DNA of 60,247 bases from Octopus bimaculoides (GCF_001194135.2 NC_068987.1:57432047-57492293); one strand, 5' to 3'. Positions 13,450 to 25,989 are shown, counted from the first letter of the stretch. Made by a program: numbers and translations. The notes: a model not told the origin generated them from the letters alone.

Positions 13450-13472
<23 letters not shown>

Positions 13473-15120
13473 AGGTTGAGGAGGGTATTGGATTTGACCA
13501 AACCCAAGAGGATACAGGTAATACCGAGTAAGTGCTGTATACCGACTAGTTTTCCCCAGTCGTTGTGTGAACAGGATTGGGTATTATAAGTCGTGTATTA
13601 GCGTGTGTATATGGAAATATATAAAAAATAGAAAGATAAAGAGAGCAATGGTAAGATTGGAGAAGTATTTTATGGATAGAGTCTTACAGCTGTTTCTGGG
13701 AAGATCCAGTACCTCCCTTCATGGGAGACAGAAAAAATAAAGTAATCTATTATTATATTCATAGGCGGATATTTTTAGTATGAAGTGGTAAAGAGTGTGA
13801 TGTGCTGAAAAAAGAGAAAACAGTACTTGAAGTGTAGTTTCATTCCAGTAGTAAATATCCGTGTAGAAATCCGTGTAAAGTAATCCTTGTGGGGATAATC
13901 CGGAAATTTATGTTGGAGCGAAAGTTGATATAGCATAGATAGCAGAGGTACATATATTCCATATTGCTTGGTGGTATTCTTGTGAATTTGAGAGTAGAAG
14001 AAATAGATTTGGGGGTATATGTGTGGTGAGATGATCGAAAGGAAATAATCCTATTCAAGATGGTGAAAGATGTATGTTTTTGCCAGGTTGAATAGGTTGC
14101 CTGTGGGGGGTTGTGTGATTATGTTGCGTGATCGTTTGTGAAATTTTGCTTGTGATAGAACCTAAATGTGTGGAAAGAGCGGTGATTGCAGTTGCTAAAC
14201 GGTTCGTTATATCAATTAAGTAGAGTGGGAGAATTGTATTTTAAAATATGGAAAGCCTCCGTTAGGCAAAGCTTGCAATTGGAGCGCTGGCCCTGGTATG
14301 AAGTTCCAGAATCTAAGATGGACCATTTTAAGGTGTATTGGGTATTTTTGTTTTTGAGGTGATGAATATGATTGGCTAATGTTGTAGATTTACTGTGTTT
14401 GTCGTATCTAAAAGAGTGCAAATGGGCTGCGTAGCGATGTTTAAAGTTTTTAGTTGCACCTATGTACGTGGCAGTAGAGTTATGTAATAGATTTTTCACG
14501 GTGCATTTATATATTACATTGTATCTTACGCAATGTGTTTGAAGCGGACAGATAGTCCCGGAGCGACAGTTACAAGTGTAGGAGGCTAGAGGGTTGCGTA
14601 TGCTTGTGGTTGAGTTATTATTATTGGAGGATATGTTATTAGGGGATGTGTAGGAATCTAGATCAATGGAATTATTGTTATGGCTATTTGTCCTATCAGT
14701 GTTATTGGTATTGTCATTATCTAGAATATTAATGGGTTGGGATCCATTGTGGTTTTGTTCCAGTGTACGAGCGTTAGTGCTAGAAGAACGTATATTGATG
14801 TCCGTGTTGGGTGTATGTGTGGGTCGGATGCTGGTGCTAGCGTAGTTACGGTTGCTTAGGTTTTGGTAATAGAGCGAGAGTTTATGTTTGTTAGAAGCTG
14901 CTATAATAGATTCAAAGTTAGGAGTGGTAGAATACGATAATTTTAAAGTGGATCTGTTGAATATAGAGTAGTATTTGTTTTGTCGTGGGAAGTTAGAATC
15001 TAGTATTTTAAAGAAAGATTTGGCTAGGTTCCTAGTGTTAAGAGAGAATGGGGGTTGTACCACAGGATGGAGCGGCCACCGCTTTTTTGTGGGGTTCTGT
15101 GCATGTTGTAATTAAGGTTT
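13450..15120 (-). mobile_element. 5'-truncated Penelope-like element: linker + GIY-YIG ORF (14212-15063) and 3' UTR/pLTR
   Basis: ILWYNP/PFS (one frameshift), SIFNRSTLKLSYS, CNCR..CPL..C, VIYKC..TYIGAT..FKHRY..H, CKLCLTE. No RT upstream. A hammerhead relic lies at 13681-13730. Confidence 0.92.
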
Positions 15121-15796
15121 TTAAGTGAAGTGTGGATAGTTATCATTATTATTTAATTAAGGTGGAAGACATTCCAGGCAATCTATTACTTATTATAAAT
15201 ATCGAAAGGGTTAAAAGACTAATAAGAATATTAACTTAATGTTAGGGTACATAAAAATTATAAAATAAAAACAAGAATAAAGTAAAACAAATAAAACAAA
15301 GATAGAGTAAAGAGTGAAACAGAGAAAAAAAAATAAAGACTTACAAAATATTACCTTTCATCCCTTAAAAATTTATTATTGAACTAAACTAATAAAGATA
15401 AAGAACTATTGGACAAAAATTTTTAAATTTCAGATATGCAGCTTTCTTTTGGTGAGATACCAGATGTAAATATGTTAAGAGACTCAGGTAAAGAGATATA
15501 GTGTATAATAAATAAATAAATAAATAAATAAATAAGAATTAAAAGGAATAAATATATGCTAATAAAAGGAATAACAAGTGCTTAAATATGGGTCAATTCA
15601 ACAAGTTAAATCAAAAACGTATTAATAAAATTATTTAAATAGGCCTAAAAACCAGAAGTAGGTATTAATATAGAGGTAAGGAGTTAAAGAATAGCTGAGA
15701 ATAATCTAAATTAGGGACACACTAAAGCGAAACAAGCTAGAAATAAATATATATATACCAGGTAGAAATATATATATACGACAGAATATTTATGTA

Positions 15797-16050
15797 CGGT
15801 GGTAAAGGCATTGTGCTCACGATCGCAAGATCTTAGTTTCGGTTCTCAAACCAGCTTAATTTTATGTTGTACCAGTTCAGTCAGCTGTTTACTAGGTAAT
15901 ACTACAACAATTGGCGTTCTGTTCACGACGAATGTTAGTCAGCCCACTTTGCAAGCGGGGTGGCATCATTCGAAAGCTACAACAATGTGAGGAACCGCAT
16001 TTTGATCAGCGGTGTATAACCATATACGATCGTCTGGTAGGTACACTTTT
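15797..16050 (+). mobile_element. tRNA-derived SINE (another family)
   Basis: Head gtggtaaaggcattgtgctcacgatcgcaagatcttagtttcggttctc; ends at a (GT)n tract. Confidence 0.55.
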
Positions 16051-16399
16051 AAATGTGTGTGTTCGTGCGTGCGTGTGTGTGTGTGTGTGTGTGTGTGTAT
16101 AAATTAATGAATGACAAAATAACAGGAGTTACGCAATCACTTTCATTAGTTTACATGTTGCTGCTATAAGAATCACTGCATTTAGAGTTGAGTGCTTGTG
16201 CAACAATCGATAGCTTCCTCGGATCCATTAAAATGAAGTTTATGTTTGTTTCGGAAAAAAAACTTATATATGTATATAAATATAAATGTAAATCAAAAAT
16301 CAAAAATAAAAACAGGAAAAAGCAGTGAAAGCCAATTAGACGTATACGGTGAATATATTAGATTGGCGCCCAGGAAAAGTTTTAAAAGGAAAAATAGGA

Positions 16400-17500
16400 G
16401 TGGAAATGAAGTTTCGAACATGACTCTTCGTCGGAAAGAGGAAGAAGTCCAGAGTTGAGGAGATGGACAAGGGGAAGTTAGTCCGGAAAAAAGCACGCGT
16501 GTCGCACACGGCCGACAAATAACTGACCATGAGTTGGAGAGAGATAAAGAATTTGGTTTTTGAAGGCAGTAGAGTGCAAAAATGACCATTGCGTGCGTGA
16601 GTGTGTGTGTTTGTGACAGTGTGTGCGTGTGGGATACTGTGTGTGGAGAGTATTTGTGTATATATGTTGTTTTATGTGTGCGTGCACAGGTGTCGAGTAA
16701 CATGTTTGCATACTAGGGAGTGCAGCGTGGGACGGTAGTATATTTGTGCCAGTGTGTTTGAGTTTATATGAGTGCGTGTGTGTGCAAGAGAGAGAGAGAG
16801 AGTGAGAGTGAGAGAGTAAGGATGAATCTATCAGGTTAGGAGCAGTGGGGGTTCAGCAGTAGACGAACGTGGAGTCGAAAGGCTAGATGTGTGTTTGAGT
16901 GAGTGCGTGTCACTGTGTGTGTACGTATGCTTTTGTGTGAGTACGTGTATATGGGTTTGTTTGTGTATATGTATGTATTTGCGTGTGTGTTTGTGTATGA
17001 CTTTATGTGTATGATTGTGTGCGTGTAGGTATGGGTGAAGAGTATCTTGTTCGTGCTATGATATGTAAACGTATGTGTGTATGTGGAGGGGTAAGTCATA
17101 TACGTGGGTGTGTAGAAGTGTGTGGAAAATAATTGGAGAGACACAAAGGAGTGAACGGCAAAGGAAAGGAAAAGGATAAGAGAACGAAAGTTAGCTGTTA
17201 CACGGAGGAGAGGATGTCAAGTCCAAACAGTGTATGAGTTCGTAGTTTGAAAATGAACCGTTGCACCTAGCGAAGTCTGGTGGTGATGTTTTTTATGGTG
17301 GAAGGCCAGGCCGAAGACAATGTAGTGATTCGGTGGAGTAGTCGGTTGAGCAGAAGCGATGGGCGATGGGGTTATTTGGAGGTGCATGTCTCGTAACTAT
17401 TTTGTAAATCTATCGGCTAGAAAGCGGCCAGACTGTCTACCTTATAATGATCCACAAAGGATATATTTGAGGAAGTATATGGTATTAGAAGAGATATAGG
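16400..17500 (-). mobile_element. Penelope-like 3' fragment (GIY-YIG C-terminus, CA-rich UTR, hammerhead relic)
   Basis: NNPIAHRFCSTD...VQRFIFKLRTHTLFGL, matching the H..F..H and E..FIF.L.T..P.GLN end of PLE endonucleases, at 17200-17400. Confidence 0.7.
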
Positions 17501-17842
17501 AGAAAGATTCACGGATGTGAATAGTGTGTTAGTTAGTTCCACATATATGAACATATGACGAGCTTCTTCAGTTTCGGCCTCCCTAATCCACCAACAAGGT
17601 TTTAGTCTGCTCGGGCTTACGACAAATTTTTGACACTTTCACGCTTCTTTTAAGTTCTAAAACTCAAAAGCACCGATATTAAATTTACTTTATAATCATT
17701 TGAGATCGATGAAATGAATATCAAACAAATACTTGTATCAATATAATCAATTTACCCCTACATGAGGCATTATCCTAATGTTAAACCTTGCGGTGTTCTT
17801 TCTGTCTCTGTATCTTGAGTTCAAATACCCAAAGGTCGACTT

Positions 17843-18052
17843 AAGGCGGTGAGCTGGTAGAATCGTTAGCACCCCGGGAAAAATGCTTAGCGGCATTCGT
17901 CTGTCTTTATGTTCTGGGTTCACATGCCACCGGGGTAGACTTTGCCTTTCATCCTTTCGGGGCCGATAAAATACGTTCCAGTCGAGCACTGGAGTTGATT
18001 TAATAGACTTGGCTCCTTCCCTGAAATTGCTCGCCTCGTGCCAAAATTTGAT
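17843..18052 (+). mobile_element. SINE family A
   Basis: aaggcggtgagctggtagaatcgttagc...ctttgcctttcatcctttcgggg. Confidence 0.88.
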
Positions 18053-18829
18053 ATCAATATTTATATACAGTAATTTTTTTTTCACTTTTTCATGAGAGTT
18101 ACATGTTTTCATTTTCCTGTTTTTCTCTTATATATCCGTGTCTGTGAGTTTTCTTGTCTGTTTATGCTTGTGTACAATTTGATTTATTCAGATTTGTGAA
18201 ATCAAACGTAATAGAATGTCTGACATTGTCGTCAGATATTTGATCAGATTTCAATTAGTTTTTGAGATTTCTGCTTTGAAGTCCATTAGATTTGTACAAT
18301 TCAAAGAATCGAGGAAAGGAAATTGTTTTGAATATTGTGTGCAAGGCTAACTTGGATAAAATGCCAAACCCATTTAGCAGATTCGTATTTGATTATAGCA
18401 ATGTCTAGAATATTTATGAGATGACTAAGGATAAGAATAAATCGTTTTAACATGCGTTAGTATTCATATACACGCACGTATTATAATATTTATGTGACCT
18501 TCCCAGGATTTTTTCTCTTGTGTCTAAACAAAAATATACTTGACACCCTAAACCGAATACCGATTCATAAATTGAAATGTAAAATAGTACACGGCTATTG
18601 ATGCGTCACCACCGGATACATCGTCTTCTCAGGAGAATAAGTTGTGAGCTTGTTAGCTTGACAGAACACGTTCCGCTCTAGTCTGATGACTACGGTTAGA
18701 GAGAACTGACAACGAGAAATGTATCATTCCATCGGAAATAAAACTTAGCTTGAAGGCTTTGACTCTGGCATCTTATCACCATCCTATGACATTCGAATTT
18801 GTCATAGTGTAAAAAAAAAATTTTAAATA

Positions 18830-19050
18830 TATTCTAAACAGGCATGTTGGTTTCAAATTTTGGCACAAGGCCAGTAATTTCGTGAGAGGGATCAGGTCAA
18901 TAACATTGACACCAGTACTCAGTACTTATTTCATCGAACCCGAAAAGATGAAAATGAACGTTGGTAGAATTTGAACTCGGAACGTAAAGGCGGGAAAAAT
19001 GCCGCTGAGCATTTTGCCTAGAATACTAACAATTCTGCCTGCTAGCCACT
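18830..19050 (-). mobile_element. SINE family A (diverged)
   Basis: Reverse complement of the family-A body (tttgaactcggaacgtaaag...ctaacaattctgcc). Confidence 0.8.
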
Positions 19051-19236
19051 TTATTATAAAGATACATACGTATTATATCGTTTGCTTTAGTGTGTACATT
19101 TGCGAATGAACGCCTTTGTCTCCTTTGCCCGTAGTAGTTATTGATTTATTTTAATACCTACATTCATAGAAAGAAAAGATATATTTGATTCAATAAATCA
19201 AATTGCATGCAATACAAGTAATTACTTTATTAACAA

Positions 19237-19625
19237 CTAGCAGAGGTACCCGGCACTGCCCAGTATGCCTCTCAATGGAGTAGTCGTTCAAATGAACCGA
19301 AAAATTTCTGTCAAATATGACTATAGAATTAACAATTTATAGATATTGGCCCTAAAGTGGGCCTTTGAACATTCACTATGAAATATCTCTGCGGCGGTGC
19401 TGCAAGCAAAGATGAATCTGATGGTAACAATTTAATCTTTAGTCAGGGGGATTTAAAAGTTCACTACTCCATTTGTAGGACATGAATAACCGATGCATCA
19501 GCTTTCGTTTAAATTGACTGTTATTTCCAGAAGTGAAAATGCTTTGCTGCGACCATAATATGAACTTTAAAATTGGTCCAAAGGGACTCACTGCCCTCCC
19601 TAATTTTAACTTTTTGCGTTTATAA
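19237..19625 (-). mobile_element. Possible non-autonomous Helitron-like element
   Basis: The minus strand ends gggcagtgccgggtacctctgCTAG|T: a GC-rich subterminal motif plus CTAG before T. The other end is poorly defined. Confidence 0.4.
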
Positions 19626-19699
19626 CTGTATTACTGTGCAAAAAATACTGTAAGCTGCTGTTTCGTTCTTTTCACAAAGCCATTATTACCTCATTATGA

Positions 19700-19997
19700 A
19701 AGCGCATGTTACGGTATTTGGCTGAAGACTATAAGGTCGTAAGTTCGATCCTGACGGCGCGTTGTATCCTTGAGCAAGACGTTTTATATCATGTTGCTCC
19801 AGTCCAATCAGCTGGCAAAAATGTAATTCAAACAGCCAGCCTTGTCATAATCAGTATCATGCTGAGTCCCCTGAAAACTACATGAAAGGTACGTGCGTTT
19901 GTGGAGTGCTCAGCAACTTGCGCGTTACTTTCCCGAGCAGGCTGTTCCGTCGATTGGATCATTTGGAGCCGTCGTTGTCATAACTGACGGAGTGCCA
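19700..19997 (+). mobile_element. tRNA-derived SINE family C
   Basis: Its 3' half (gtggagtgctcagc..gagcaggctgttccg..gacggagtgccaa) is shared with 41984-42369. Confidence 0.8.
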
Positions 19998-21077
19998 ATT
20001 TTTATTACCTCATTGACTATGAGCTGTTGTTTGTCGAACATAAAATACCCCACATCTATATGTTGTGATTGACATTTTTCGTAATGCAAATCTTTAAATG
20101 GTTGACAAATGGTTGAAATAGGAAAACTGTCAGTATTTGTTGGTCTAAGAAAGCCTGTTAAACATCGATAGGAACACTCTAAATATTACGACTCGCTCCA
20201 TAGCACATTAATTCTTTCCTATTCTGTGACGGTGTATGTACTGTAGCACAGAGACAAGGCAATTGTTGAACGCAGAGTCTAAGGACTTGCACGCTCTCTT
20301 GAGCATGCTAACGATATTTTCGTTACCTAATGTAGGTCTGAAATTTGAGACAGCGAGTAAAGGTAATACTCAGACAACGCTGAAGCAAGAAGTACTCAGA
20401 CAGCGTTACCTATTGAGGCAGTTTAATTGACAGTTTCTCAGATGGAAAGTATACATTCATGTCTTAGATGAATTCTCACAGAGAAGGTTAATTTCAAAAC
20501 ATGAGCGCTGTGCATGATAGTTTTTCAGATGGAAGATATAGTTGTGTCTCAAATGAAAGCTTACAGTGAAAGTTGGCTTCAAGACATGGGGTAATTTGAC
20601 TGAAGAAATTATCAGGTATTTAGTATAATTTATTTAGATCTATATTTCTTTTCTTTTATTCTTCATTCTATGTTTTTAATAATAAAGTTTCTAGCATAAT
20701 TACCATTAGATATGAAAACTCTCTATGGAAATGCTCTGACCTATATATACAGTAATATTTATATCGAATGAAACCAGCCATAATTTGATACTTCTAGCTG
20801 TCAATTATATTACACAAATATGACCATTAGCACTACTATTATTAATCGAGTAAATTATCAATATTCTGAGTGATGAGACGGAAGTATAATAGACTTGTAC
20901 CTCTAGCATCACATGTAGTTCACTATCAATGAAAAGAAACAAATCCATCAACAATGTTGCTGGAAGCGCTTCTTCAAAACCTATTCTTCGGTAATGGAAA
21001 TAGTATTACAAGAATACTATATACAATAGCATAATATTTTATTTAATTAATAAAAAAAATAATAATGAAATACTTAC

Positions 21078-21149
21078 AGTTCTTGCAGGTTATTTAAAGG
21101 TTTAAACGCATTTTCAGCGATATATTGTATTCGGTTATCAACCAGGTCA
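21078..21149 (-). CDS. LRR exon (72 bp) of the same LGR-like gene
   Basis: ctttggtgacag|T GAC CTG GTT...CAA GAA CT|gtaagt gives DLVDNRIQYIAENAFKPLNNLQE(L): a 24-aa LRR, phase 2/2. Confidence 0.9.
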
Positions 21150-23021
21150 CTGTCACCAAAGATAAAAATATACATAAAGAAAAATGAATGACAGGAAATT
21201 GCTTTGCCGAAAAAAGAAACTTCTTTTACTACGAAGCCACTAAAACAGAATAAATACATGTTGCAGTTTTGTAGAAGAACATCATAAAACTACATCAAAC
21301 AAAACACGATCAGAAAAAAAGCCAAAATCTATTTATTTCCTATGAGTTAGAAGTTTTGGCTCTCAGATAAGTTTTGTTTACTTTTTGTGGCTATTTATTT
21401 TCAATTTTATTTGAACAATACCCCGAAGACATTAAGATTAAGCAATAAATATAATCTCTCGCTATCTGTCATTTACGCTTACGTTTAATAATAAAAGTAA
21501 CTTTTTAGCGATGTGTTTCGTTAGTTAAGAATATAGATACACAAAGAGTTGCCCTCACTATGTACAGAACAGGAAAATTTTACTGATGGCTGACAAATCT
21601 ATAACTGGCCAGTCAATAATGAAATAAGATATTTAAAAATAAAGGCATGAACCAGTTGCCATGAATTCTAGAACATTAGAAGCACTTAATAGTTACACTA
21701 CAAACCAGGTTCCTCGGCCATTGAATATCTCGATGATATTACGGTTTTTTAGAATGTCTCTAAGTCATACATTTGTAGAAGGAGGTGTATTTGAATCGAC
21801 CTTAATGTATTATTGGCAGTTAAGACAAAGCCGATCCCAGTAAGATTTGAACTAGCGAGGAATGAAGATGAATATCATAAAGTATTAGGTTAGGCACTCA
21901 ACTGATTTTTGACACATTCATCATCCGTCATCCGTCTTCAAGATGTAAAATATTTGGCAATAAATATACATGATTTCTTTCGAGTAAATTCAGCGCTACT
22001 TTTTAATAAGACGGTGTATAACTATTGGAATATGCCGAAGGATATTACTACTACATGTTTCATTATCTAAGGGGTGATGGAAAACATTGCTAAACCCGAA
22101 GGGTTTCGAAATCAGAAAATACTGGTACTTCCCATCCAATAGGCTTCCATATAGTTTCCATCTTCTCAATTTCATACTCGCTATACAATGGGATCGAACA
22201 TGAGATTTCATGATTGAAAAAAGAACTTCCTAACCACTCGGTCTTGCATGCGCTACGCATATGTACATACACACATAGAGCTGTACACACACACTCATCT
22301 CATACATTGTAAAACGTAAATATTCAGCGGTTAGGAAAATGCTAGGATGAAGAAAGTTTGTAATCAGAAAGCGGACCATATCGATTATTTGAGTAAAGAG
22401 TTTAGTTTACGAATACAAAATATTTTTATTAAAACAATGATAATAAAATAAAAAAGTAAATAAAAAGAACAATAATTTTTTTTAGGGATCGAATATTGTA
22501 GATTTAGTGATGGAAAATGGTAAATACAAGTTCTGTTCTCTACAAAAATACAAACCATTTCCAATATGATAAAACAATAAAAATAAAGAAGTGGGCGACT
22601 GCTTCAATCTTCTGCATTAAAATCTTATATTACTTAACAAATTCTTAATATATTTTCTCTTTCAAACATCATAACGTAATGTTAAATTATTGGTCTTTTA
22701 TGAGCAGATGAAAAAAATATTCCTTTGCTAACACTAAAGTAATATGAGAGTATTTCTGTGTACAATAATAAAAATAATTGAAGGAATTTCGTCACACACC
22801 GTTTTAATTGAGGAGGAGTGTAAAAAATTAACCTAAATGGGAATTGCAGCCGCAGGATATTTGTTTTGCTTCGAATTAATGTTGCTGAGAATCCTATATG
22901 ATATAAAATTACAAAACGTTTTCTAATATTGTTTTTTTTGCATTTTGCATAAAATGCTTGCAGAGACATGTTAGCAGAAATGTTATAATCGAATCAAATA
23001 CTGAAAGGTATTTCTTTCGCT

Positions 23022-23088
<67 letters not shown>

Positions 23089-23111
23089 TGTAATAGTAGT
23101 AATAATTATTA

Positions 23112-23290
23112 TTAACGCAGTGAGCTGGCGCGGTGAGTTAGCACGCTGGGCGAAATGCTTAGCGGTATTTTTCCAGTCACTACGCTCTGAGTTCAAATTC
23201 CACCGAGGTCGATTTTGCATTTCATCCTTTCGGTGTCAATAAATTAAGTCCCAGTTACGCACTGGGGTCGATGTAATCGGCTATAATAAT
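23112..23290 (+). mobile_element. SINE family A between (AGT)n/(AAT)n and (ATT)n tracts
   Basis: gagctggcgcggtgagttagcacgctgggcgaaatgcttagcgg...; the ggggtcgatgtaatcg motif is locally duplicated. Confidence 0.85.
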
Positions 23291-23331
23291 AGGGGTCGAT
23301 GTAATCGATAATAATAATAATTATTATTATT

Positions 23332-23896
23332 GAGTGAGAGAGCACTGGATGTCATCAAAGTGACCCTGGGATAAGATATACGAAGCTCAGTATACCCATC
23401 ATGACAAACTGATAAGGGTACACCAGGCACAAGCATCATAACCATATGTACGCGACATGGTGATTTCATATCAAGATAAACAAACAGCACATGACCTTGC
23501 AGGTGAGGTCCAGTTAAAATTTTTTCCGGGTCGAGTAGCCCATCCTGCTCAAATGGTCCTTGAATAAGGATTGTTTAAGGATGTTGCCAGAGGTGAATTA
23601 TTCAACCTCCAGGTTTCCAGAAGTGAATTATTCAAACTCCAAAGTAATTCCTCTGAACACATGGCTATGATGCTCCCCCACTACTTCTGCTCGGGATCAG
23701 AGATGTACATATCGTCAGCCACCAAAGGACATCTCAACTGCATAAGGACAAACAAAAGACAAACAAAAGGTACTGAGCAGAATATTTGTTGTAGTCCATC
23801 TTTTATACCAAGACAAAACAATGTACTAGATAACATTTTCAATCAGTTAAGATAAGAAGCCATGAGAGCCACTGTCTGGTACTGCATCAGGGCATT
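23332..23896 (-). mobile_element. ~550-bp (AAT)n-tailed repeat, copy 3
   Basis: Homologous end to end with 9317-9860. Confidence 0.8.
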
Positions 23897-23908
23897 TCTT
23901 TTTATTAT

Positions 23909-24597
23909 TATATGTTTGACCTTTTGTATTTCTACAAGTTGACTCTATGTCTGACCCAGAGACCTCAAGAGATAACAAGCTAGAAGTTCAAGTTGGTGCT
24001 ATGCCTAGGGTGCCACATATTTGGTTTTATACAAAGTATTTTTCTACAGAATGTTTAAGAAAACATTAGAAAATTATGAATTTGTTTTAAAATTGAAGAT
24101 TACATAGACAGCCTTTTACGTAGGATATGGGCAGTTCCCATGAGCACTATCTTTTGAATTTCTGCCATTTTGGAGTTCCTGGTATCTGAGCCAGGTAGGA
24201 ATCAGCCCCTTTTGCTATCATTCCTAGGGCACCTATGACAAAAGGTATTGTTTTAATCTTGAGGTTCCACATTTGCCAATTTCTATTTCAAGATCTTTAT
24301 ATTTGATCAGTTTTTGGTAGGTCTTGATAGGTACATTTATATCGATTGATAAAGTCATATCAATGAGGAGGCATGATTTTTGTCTGATGTCATTCAATAT
24401 AATGTCTGGTCTATTCGCATCTATCTGTCTGTCAGTTTGAACAGTGAAGTTCCAGAGGAGTGAAATGTGGTCAATTTCAAGCACTGTGGGTGGTTTGTGT
24501 TCCCACCAGATTTTATCATGGGGTAGGTGCAGGTTTTATCAAATTACCAAGTGAATATATTGTGCTGCTCTATCATGCCTGTTGGGATACTCTGTAG
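23909..24597 (-). mobile_element. R4/Dong-clade LINE 3' fragment
   Basis: RHDRAAQYIH..; LLWNFTVQTDRQIDANRPDI..LIDM..KTYQKLIKYKDLEIEI. The 3' UTR matches 8799-8925. Confidence 0.9.
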
Positions 24598-24604
24598 TCG
24601 CAAG

Positions 24605-24748
24605 AATAATATCGAAAAATACCCTAGGAATGAGAACACAGATTCGAAATTTCCCCAAAACATCTGATAAAGGATGGAGGGTATATCAGCCGAAACGTTG
24701 TGTTAACAACAAACAAGATGAGGACAAATATCCGTCAAATGTAAATGA
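24605..24748 (+). mobile_element. ~150-bp hammerhead-bearing repeat, degenerate copy
   Basis: Homologous to 43249-43390, but the core reads CTGATAA (G8A) and stem II has a mismatch. Confidence 0.85.
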
Positions 24749-24821
<73 letters not shown>

Positions 24822-24823
<2 letters not shown>

Positions 24824-24978
24824 GGCGGCGAGCTAGCAGAATCGTTTACACGCCGGGCGAAATGCTTAGCGGCATTTTGTCTGTCTCACGTTCTGAGTTC
24901 AAATGCTGCCGGGGTCGATAAAATGAGTACCAGTTGAGTACTGGGGCTGATATAATCGACTCATCTCTTCCCCCAAAT
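24822..24978 (+). mobile_element. SINE family A with an internal ~27-nt deletion
   Basis: Lacks the gaggtcgactttgcctttcatcctttc segment. The copy at 44185-44345 has the same deletion. Confidence 0.88.
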
Positions 24979-24987
24979 ATACTGTGG

Positions 24988-25137
24988 ATATGTGGTAAGT
25001 AGCTTGCTTACCAACCACATGGTCCCGGGTTCAGTCCCAGTGCGTGGCACCTTGAGAAAGTGTTTTCTACTCTTGCCTCGGGCCGACCAAAGCCTTGTGA
25101 GTGGATTTGGTAGACGGAAACTGGAAGAAGCCCGTCG

Positions 25138-25140
<3 letters not shown>
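24988..25140 (+). mobile_element. tRNA-derived SINE family B (related copies near 27330-27475 -, 28530-28700 +, 30230-30340 -, 53445-53590 +)
   Basis: gtggtaagtagcttgcttaccaaccacatggtcccgggttcagtccc...gaccaaagccttgtgagtggatttggtagacggaaactg; ends in (AT)n. Confidence 0.8.
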
Positions 25141-25170
<30 letters not shown>

Positions 25171-25989
25171 NNNNNNNNNNNNNNNNNNNNNNNNNNNNNN
25201 NNNNNNNNNNNNNNNNNNNNNNNNNNNNNNNNNNNNNNNNNNNNNNNNNNNNNNNNNNNNNNNNNNNNNNNNNNNNNNNNNNNNNNNNNNNNNNNNNNNN
25301 NNNNNNNNNNNNNNNNNNNNNNNNNNNNNNNNNNNNNNNNNNNNACCGATAGAATAAGTACTAAACTTACAAAGAATAAGCTCTGGGGTCGATTTGCTCG
25401 ACTATTAAGGCGGTGCTCCAGCATGGCCGCAGTGAAATGACTGAAACAAGTGAAAGAGTAAAAGCGTTAAAGAGTATCCTTTTAATCGACTACTGTTCTC
25501 TACAAGCAGAGAAGTCTGATACGATAAAGTTCGAATCTTTGCAGAGCTCAGAGACAGGCGAAGTGAAATGGCAGTCACAACACCCTGCCACCGTATCAAC
25601 ATTATCCATTAATCCTGCAGTGGACGTACGTGTCTTAGTTGTTAGAGTGTTCGCTTAATGATCTTAAAGTCCGGAGTTCAATTCCTGTATAGGGCAGTAC
25701 TTTGTGTTCGTGAACATGGTACTTCAATTCCCGTTGCTTCAGTCTACTCAGCTATAACGGACACTAACTGGGTGCTAGGTGCAGCCTCAGTCTATCCCCA
25801 GTTGTCACATTCTAGAGATTCTGTTGGGTTAAGGGTCAGAGACAGAAGGGATGTCTATGCTGTATCGTGACCTCAAAGACTCGTAAAACAACTTGCGGCA
25901 CATGGCACATGCTGCCACGCCAAACTCGCAAGAGAGTGACGGCTGGCTGTATTGTACTAATAACTCACTTCATGTCTCTCCCCACAATC

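Noticed and set aside
21996-22290. ORFs with protein-like text (..LLDGKYQYFLISKP..)
   Set aside because: Only a faint mariner C-terminal resemblance; not enough to call.
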